DNA of 32,000 nucleotides from an uncultured archaeon (GTDB lineage Archaea; Asgardarchaeota; Thorarchaeia; Thorarchaeales; Thorarchaeaceae): NCBI GenBank assembly GCA_964648855.1, contig CAZYLT010000004.1, positions 203,684 to 235,683 of the forward strand, read 5' to 3'. Shown piece by piece: positions 26,189 to 32,000 of this stretch (position 1 is its first letter; each line of letters starts with the position of its first letter). The notes under the pieces were generated by a model. It saw only the letters and a program-made list of their open reading frames with translations, ran no database searches and was not told where the DNA came from. The position numbers and the translations under genes were made by a program.

Positions 26189-26737
26189 ATGAATAAGAAA
26201 GCAGTCGCTGTAATCGTTATAATAGTCGGTGCTATCGCACTTGCCCCAGTTGCGATGTACGGATTGGAAGTACAGGTTGCCGATGTCAGTATGACTCTAG
26301 GCATTAGCAGTGTATTAGGTTCTTCAAGATTCAATCCGGCACAGGTTCCGAGTTTCGATATTGGGCTTCCACAGGTACAGATTGAAGTCAGTTCTCAGAG
26401 TTCCTACGAATATGCACTATCACGTGTCACAGGCAGAACCGAAACAAGCGAATCGGACTCAAATACTCCTGCGAATGTTCAGATAACTATAGAATTTACA
26501 CTGACTACGCCATCCAATCAAACTATAACCTTTACTCTGAATCCCGGACAGATGCAAGGAACTGGAGAAAAACAGGTGAATACTATTTTGGGTCCAGACG
26601 AAGGCATTTCTATGACGGGCGAGTTTCATTTGACTATAGTCATCTCGATTCAGGTAACACCCCCGACATTTGATACTCCCGTGGTTGACTTAGAGCTCAC
26701 CCCCGTCAATCGCACTTTCACCATTCCGAGCAGCTGA
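26189..26737 (+). CDS. Hypothetical exported or membrane-anchored Ser/Thr-rich beta-type protein
   Basis: MNKKA followed by a hydrophobic stretch. The remainder is rich in S/T/V/I with alternating beta-strand patterns. Confidence 0.75.
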   Translation: MNKKAVAVIVIIVGAIALAPVAMYGLEVQVADVSMTLGISSVLGSSRFNPAQVPSFDIGLPQVQIEVSSQSSYEYALSRVTGRTETSESDSNTPANVQITIEFTLTTPSNQTITFTLNPGQMQGTGEKQVNTILGPDEGISMTGEFHLTIVISIQVTPPTFDTPVVDLELTPVNRTFTIPSS

Positions 26738-26756
26738 ATTCATTAAGGCCATCTTG

Positions 26757-26777
26757 CGGAGAGCCCTAGGCTCTCCG
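26757..26777 (+). terminator. Hairpin after the exported-protein gene
   Basis: CGGAGAGCC-CTA-GGCTCTCCG followed by TTCATCTTT. Confidence 0.55.
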
Positions 26778-27070
26778 TTCATCTTTCATGGGCTTCTCCT
26801 CGAATTATAATGCCACATAGATAGTTGGTCTGTTATCTGGCTTGCCAAGTGTTTCAACAGATTAGAACATCCACGATTTTTCTTTTACCTAATTTTTTAG
26901 AAATGTGGCTATCAGCTCTACAGGAGAGAATAACAGTGAATGCTTCGATGGAATCTGGTCAAGATTCAAAAAGAGAAAGCTTCAGAATCTCTCAAGTCAA
27001 GGAAGACAAGTTTAGCAGCGCATATGCTAATTGAGTTTGATTAGATAGTGAATGGAGAAGTGTATGAGAA

Positions 27071-28090
27071 ATGACAGATGAGCCTCTCAAAACCGTCTGT
27101 GCGGGCCTCGGATTTGTGGGATGGCAAGCGCACGTCCCATCCTTTAGAAAAGTTGACAACTCTAAGCTTTTGGGGGTTGTTGCGAGAAAAGGACGGGAAA
27201 GCGAGAAGAAAGCAACCAAGCTGAAAGAGAAGTATGGAACCAAAATATACTATGATTGGAGTAGAGTATGCAGCAATCCTGAGATTGATGCGGTATGTGT
27301 TGCAACTCCAACACCCTTCCATTATCCCATGGCAAAGGAAGCACTTGAGGGGGGCAAGAATGTCTACTTGGAAATGCCAATTGCACCTGAACTCAACGCT
27401 GCAGAGAAATTAGGGAAGTTGGCTAAGAAGAAAGGTTTGATTCTCATGCCCGTTCTGAATTTCAGGAGATGCCCAGGTTATGTGAAGGCAAAAGAAATTC
27501 TTGAAACCGGTGCCATTGGCGACCCAATCGCAATCACCTTTAGAGAATTTATAGCAGCTGAGGAATTATCTGAACAATGGCCGTCATCTTCTTGGGCATG
27601 GGATAAGGATCGAAGTGGAGGGTATCCAGACTATACATTGTCATTATGGTCTCTAGATATGTTCAGGTGGTTCTTTGACACCGAGATTGAGAATGCGTGT
27701 TGGGCTGCCAACTACGTACCAATCGAAGGTATTGATAATTTCAAGGGATATCAGACTGTGGGTATTATCAGATTCAAGAACCGTGTTGTAGGGAATCTGA
27801 TCTATGGGTCCACTGTTGCAAAAGGTCAAGACACGAGCCAGTTCGAAATCTTTGGAAATAATGGAAAAGCTCTAGTAGTTGAATGGAATGACACCGTGAC
27901 TCTTTGCGGAAAGGATGACAAGAGGGAGCAATGGAAGCTCAAACCAAAGGGAGCGCGAGGTTGGGGCCACAGGCAACTTATTCATCACTTCGTTCAATGT
28001 TGTTTGGGAAGAGAGGAACCTGAATTTGATTACAGAGATGCCATTGAAGCTCAGAGGTGGGCAGAGAAGATTGTAACTGATGCCATCTAG
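27071..28090 (+). CDS. Gfo/Idh/MocA family oxidoreductase (atypical motifs)
   Basis: AGLGFVG...H, IDAVCVATP...H, GKNVYLEMP, NFR..P and DRSGG. Confidence 0.9.
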   Translation: MTDEPLKTVCAGLGFVGWQAHVPSFRKVDNSKLLGVVARKGRESEKKATKLKEKYGTKIYYDWSRVCSNPEIDAVCVATPTPFHYPMAKEALEGGKNVYLEMPIAPELNAAEKLGKLAKKKGLILMPVLNFRRCPGYVKAKEILETGAIGDPIAITFREFIAAEELSEQWPSSSWAWDKDRSGGYPDYTLSLWSLDMFRWFFDTEIENACWAANYVPIEGIDNFKGYQTVGIIRFKNRVVGNLIYGSTVAKGQDTSQFEIFGNNGKALVVEWNDTVTLCGKDDKREQWKLKPKGARGWGHRQLIHHFVQCCLGREEPEFDYRDAIEAQRWAEKIVTDAI

Positions 28091-28223
28091 ATATGCAAGC
28101 ATTTCTATGAAGCATAAGTGCTGAGCATTGTTGAACAAAAATACTATCTTTCTCTGATTGTTTTCAGAGAAAACACTCAAAAAAACTGAACGTCAAGAAA
28201 GAAATTACATGGCTTGATTTGGT

Positions 28224-28820
28224 ATGAACTACATGGACAACCAAGTGAGCGCCTCAAATGAGGTTAAACTATTCATAGCAGGTATAGTTGGAGGCGGTCT
28301 TGGAACAGCGAGGACTGTCATACTAATCACATCAGAGTTATTGGGTGTAGGTCTTCCGTTTCGTACTCTGATTCTAAATGCCATGACTTTGTCAGCAATA
28401 TTCCTGACAGGCCTCGGCTTCTTCGGTCTTCATATGGGTCTAAAATCTGTATTTGGCTATCGTAGTTTTCAAGTTGGCTTGTTGACTTGCATTTTTTATC
28501 TATGCTATATTCTCCAGAACGGGCTTATGGGACAAACGGACTACATCTGGCCAGCTCTTCTAGCTGAAACCTTAACGCAGCCCCCCTCCGTCATAGAATT
28601 GCTCCTTGTATTCTCTGCCTCTCTTTTTCTGATGCTCTGCGGGTTGACTCTGGTGCGATTTGGATATGACTATTCATTCGGATCAGAGCTGTCTTGGAGT
28701 GGCATCTTCTTCATTCTTGCTTCCTTTGGCATATTCACAGCTCTTGAATACATCTTCTTATTCATTCCCTTCCTGTTCTCAAGCTATGTCTTCTATTCGC
28801 TTGCAAAATGGGTCGACTAA
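28224..28820 (+). CDS. Hypothetical integral membrane protein
   Basis: About 6 hydrophobic segments and no recognised motif. Confidence 0.65.
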   Translation: MNYMDNQVSASNEVKLFIAGIVGGGLGTARTVILITSELLGVGLPFRTLILNAMTLSAIFLTGLGFFGLHMGLKSVFGYRSFQVGLLTCIFYLCYILQNGLMGQTDYIWPALLAETLTQPPSVIELLLVFSASLFLMLCGLTLVRFGYDYSFGSELSWSGIFFILASFGIFTALEYIFLFIPFLFSSYVFYSLAKWVD

Positions 28821-28895
28821 GTGTAGTTTCCACATTCAGCAGAAACCGAAAGAATGATTTCTAGTTGCTATTATCAACATCAAGGAGTTCTCATC

Positions 28896-29942
28896 ATGAG
28901 CATTAGGTTCCACTCTTCAGGCGCACAATTGCTCCTAGACAAAGCCAAGAAAGTCAAATCGGGAAGAAAACTCACTTCCAATGAAATCGACGAGATTGTC
29001 GAAAATCCTGATATTGCGGCATGGCTGTCCGCGTATGATAATTGGATTGAACGTGTTTATAGGACCTTCCGAAAAATTCTGAAGGCTCTACATAAGAAAT
29101 CCCCTGGGAATCTAAACGATTGGGCTGAGAGAATCGATTTTGGGTTACGAGTAGCACTAGATGACACAGAGCGTCTTCAAAAATCCATTCAAGTCCTTCG
29201 TCAATTCGAATGGACGGAGGTTGGTAAAAGCGCTCTTGAATTCTTGCCTCCGGAAACCAAGCTCAGAACTCAAGTTTTTGCAACGATAGATGGCTTCAAT
29301 GGAGGAATGTATCGGGAAGACAAAATATTCCTATCTTTGGTCTTGCTTGATGCAACATCTCTTGAGCCAGGATTCTTCGAACATGAATTTCATCATAACG
29401 GATTCGAGTATTGGTGGAAACAACACCCTCTCGTAAAGGAACATAGCGAAGAGGAAGATACCCGTGAAAAATGGTTTCTTGACATATTTGCGTACTTGGC
29501 ATCGGAGGGTTTGGCTAACGCCTTCTGTTCTCCAGCAGCAATTTCGAAGATAGATGGTGATTCAAAGCTAATTCGTGTACACAACTCCATCATAGAGGAA
29601 TACGAGCAAGACTGGAATGACCTATTTGAACGGCTCGTGAAACTACTTCGTGCAATAATCGATGGTGATATTGACAAAATAGTGGATTACTACGAAGCCT
29701 TTGCCTTGGATATGAAAGGTGAAGGTCATCCGATTGGCCACTTTGTAAGCGGAAGAATGGTCCAAAAGATGGACTCTTCCATTGATGTACCTCGCCAAGA
29801 GATAATTGATTTGTGCAAGAATCCCTTCAAGTTCCTGAGAATGTATAACAGGGCCGTGCAAGGTGACAACTTCCAGTTTGTCCCTACAGATATCATTGAG
29901 TCTCTTGACAATATTTTGAAAGACATGAGAAAGAGCTTATAA
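28896..29942 (+). CDS. Putative Zn-dependent protease (gluzincin-like; DUF5700/DUF2268-like)
   Basis: HEFHH (HExxH) with downstream SEGLA and GHFVSGRM. AAGGAG precedes ATG 28896. Confidence 0.7.
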   Translation: MSIRFHSSGAQLLLDKAKKVKSGRKLTSNEIDEIVENPDIAAWLSAYDNWIERVYRTFRKILKALHKKSPGNLNDWAERIDFGLRVALDDTERLQKSIQVLRQFEWTEVGKSALEFLPPETKLRTQVFATIDGFNGGMYREDKIFLSLVLLDATSLEPGFFEHEFHHNGFEYWWKQHPLVKEHSEEEDTREKWFLDIFAYLASEGLANAFCSPAAISKIDGDSKLIRVHNSIIEEYEQDWNDLFERLVKLLRAIIDGDIDKIVDYYEAFALDMKGEGHPIGHFVSGRMVQKMDSSIDVPRQEIIDLCKNPFKFLRMYNRAVQGDNFQFVPTDIIESLDNILKDMRKSL

Positions 29943-30114
29943 TCATCAGAAACACCGGTCAACAATGCGGTGCCCGTATTTCCTCTTGAAGGGGGAATTG
30001 ACGATTCCATGCTTTTACAGGTTCTTGTACAGAATTCTCCCTGAATTAGACTCTGCCCGCGGGGGATAACACATTTCGATAACCTTCTAAGGTGCTCCCA
30101 TTCAGACTCGACAT

Positions 30115-31188
30115 ATGTCTATTCTCTTTGACTCCATCACAATTGGATCAATGCAACTGGAAAATCGCCTCATGCGTAGCGCTACAACTTCTGCCTTTTC
30201 AAGGCCCGATGGAACAATTCGTCCTGCTATTGTTGAGTTGTACTCAGAACTGGCTAAAGGCGGCACAGGACTCATTGTAAAGGGACATCTCTATGTCTTA
30301 GAGAGTGGCAAGGCACATCAAGGCATGGCGGGAATAAGTGACGATTTGCACATCTCCGGATTGACGGAGATTACAAAGGCAATCCACGAGCATGACGGGA
30401 AGATTGTCGCTCAGCTGAATCATGCTGGCATGAATCAAAAGAAGGACCTTGCTGGGCCAAGCGAGTATACTGGAGCCGGCTGGCAATCTAGGGCGCTAAC
30501 AGACAATGAAATCGAAGAAATCATTGAAGCATTCGGTAGTGCCGCTGAGAGAGCTTTGCAGGCCGGTTTTGACGGCATTCAAATCCATGGTGCACATGGA
30601 TACCTAATCAGTCAATTCCTGAGTAGACTTGTAAACACCAGAGATGACAAATGGGGAGGGAAACTCAGAGATAGAACGAACCTTCTCATCCGAGTATATG
30701 ATGAGATTCGTAGAAGAGTGGCCAATGCCCCAGTATTGCTCAAACTCAATAGCGACGATTTCAGCCCGAATGGATTCACTGTAGAAGACAGTATTCAGGT
30801 TGCCCAAATGATGGATGAGAAGGGAATTGACCTCATAGAGATTAGTGGGGGCGGCATTGGACGAAAACAAGAACTCAGATCTCGTGCGAAACACGAACAT
30901 GCTATGTTCAGCCAAGTTGCCTTTGCGGGGCACGCCGCCCAGATTCGAGAACGTACCGGTTCCATGCCAATGGCAGTGGTCAATGGATTTTGTCAGCGTA
31001 GAACAATGGAAGCAGCAATTGAGAGAGATTTAGTTGACATTGTTAGTATGAGCCGACCTTTTATCCGCGAGCCTACATTGGTTACAAAACTGAAAGAGGG
31101 TCAGGATGAGGTTGAATGCATTAGATGTGACAAGTGTCTAGGACAGGATGTCTTCGGAAAAGTCATGCTACAATGTCAGTTGGATTAA
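30115..31188 (+). CDS. NADH:flavin oxidoreductase (Old Yellow Enzyme family) with C-terminal Cys cluster
   Basis: NRLMRSAT, QLNHAG, AGFDGIQIHGAHGYLISQFLS, N.RDDKWGG, EISGG, SRPFIREP and CIRCDKC-x12-C. Confidence 0.93.
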   Translation: MSILFDSITIGSMQLENRLMRSATTSAFSRPDGTIRPAIVELYSELAKGGTGLIVKGHLYVLESGKAHQGMAGISDDLHISGLTEITKAIHEHDGKIVAQLNHAGMNQKKDLAGPSEYTGAGWQSRALTDNEIEEIIEAFGSAAERALQAGFDGIQIHGAHGYLISQFLSRLVNTRDDKWGGKLRDRTNLLIRVYDEIRRRVANAPVLLKLNSDDFSPNGFTVEDSIQVAQMMDEKGIDLIEISGGGIGRKQELRSRAKHEHAMFSQVAFAGHAAQIRERTGSMPMAVVNGFCQRRTMEAAIERDLVDIVSMSRPFIREPTLVTKLKEGQDEVECIRCDKCLGQDVFGKVMLQCQLD

Positions 31189-31324
31189 TCCTTCGCAGAT
31201 AGCCGCTCCAGATTTTCAGTTCTTCTTCAGTCAAATTATTAGGTCAAATATGACTGTATCTCAAATCGAGAATGGGGTGAAATTATGCACAGCTGGCAAC
31301 ATTTATATTGCTATAAGATATATC

Positions 31325-31341
31325 ACTGTATATCATACAGT
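31325..31341. promoter_or_regulatory. Candidate PadR operator (inverted repeat)
   Basis: ACTGTA-TATCA-TACAGT 30 nt upstream of padR, within an AT-rich promoter, with another ACAGT half-site downstream. Confidence 0.45.
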
Positions 31342-31370
31342 ATATAACACACAGTGACTGGTGATATATA

Positions 31371-31763
31371 ATGAATAATACTACACACCCAAATCAAAAT
31401 GGTGCCCCAAAGAAGGCACTCGACGAGTTTGACCGCTGGTCTAAAGAAGTCAAACGCGGCGCAGCATCTCTTGCCATTCTGGCTGTTCTTGAAGAACAGG
31501 AGGCTTACGGTTATGAGATTGTTAGACAACTTAGTGAGCGTGTTTCATTTTTACAGCTTGAACAGGGTACAGTCTACCCTCTCCTGCGCCGACTCGAGAA
31601 GAGAGGCCTTCTTGCGAGTGAATGGAATTATGATGATCCCTCAAAGCCAAAGAAATATTATGAACTGACCTCAGCCGGTCTGAGCGCGCTTGAGATGATG
31701 ATGGAAACCTGGGTTATACTATCCCAAGAAATGAATAAGTTGATGAAAGGAGTTGAATTCTAA
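31371..31763 (+). CDS. PadR family transcriptional regulator
   Basis: ILAVL...EAYGYEI, GTVYPLLRRLEKRGLL..EW and KKYYELT..G. Confidence 0.93.
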   Translation: MNNTTHPNQNGAPKKALDEFDRWSKEVKRGAASLAILAVLEEQEAYGYEIVRQLSERVSFLQLEQGTVYPLLRRLEKRGLLASEWNYDDPSKPKKYYELTSAGLSALEMMMETWVILSQEMNKLMKGVEF

Positions 31764-32000
31764 TGGGCGATTCGCCTAAAGATTTGATTGATAAGTATCT
31801 AGAACGAGTAAGAGTATATCTTCCGGTTGGAAGTGAAGAAACACTAGTTGAAATGAGAACCCATCTGATTGAAGAATCTCAAAGATTGGGCGATGGGAGA
31901 ATGACACATGGGTCTGCTATGATGGCCATTGAACGCTTTGGCGATCCCAAAGAAGCCGCTAATGCATATGCAGGTACCGGTAAGAAAGTGGGTCCAGTTC
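31763..32000 (+). CDS. PadR-coupled HAAS/DUF1700-like protein (3' end outside window)
   Basis: The ATG overlaps the padR stop (TAATG). Translation MGDSPKDLIDKYLERVRVYLP...EMRTHLIE...AIERFGDPKEAANAY is open to the window end. Confidence 0.8.
   Translation, partial: MGDSPKDLIDKYLERVRVYLPVGSEETLVEMRTHLIEESQRLGDGRMTHGSAMMAIERFGDPKEAANAYAGTGKKVGPV

Noticed and set aside
26780-27070. 69-aa ORF at 26825-27034 or a gene remnant in this gap
   Set aside because: It has a TTG start, no motif and no similarity I can recognise, so it cannot be supported.

Overview
Archaeal chromosomal window of mostly housekeeping and metabolic genes. The combination of an FtsZ2-type ftsZ, an SmAP3-type Sm protein, a Urm1-like modifier, an RPC34/TFE-beta homolog, an Mch homolog and an intron-containing tRNA suggests an Asgard archaeon, possibly Thorarchaeia (inference only). 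Order: ftsZ (partial), Lsm/SmAP3, an unannotated 40-aa tandem-repeat peptide gene, 2-oxoacid:ferredoxin oxidoreductase beta and gamma, Urm1/SAMP, a truncated and a full MFS paralog, a divergent mch, tRNA-Thr, DUF202, GH31 alpha-glucosidase, tRNA-Pro, HTH regulator, pyrB, dCMP deaminase, srp19-gar1-TFEbeta, rlmE, trm1, cyclophilin, a 131-bp MITE, membrane pyrophosphatase, CbiR-like TIM barrel, tRNA-Ile with intron, thioredoxin, a CoA-transferase-GNAT fusion divergent from a monocarboxylate-type MFS and acs, then several accessory genes ending with a PadR/HAAS-like pair. The best candidate for a new system is the micro-gene at 1522-1644 (-), missed by the ORF track. It encodes MTANTDELK-IGPGDFPPDSEQEPW-T-IGPGDFPPDSEQEPW. 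The two cores are identical in amino acids while differing at 9 nucleotides, all synonymous, and the gene is followed by two hairpins and a T-tract. All family assignments come from motif recognition, not from database searches.
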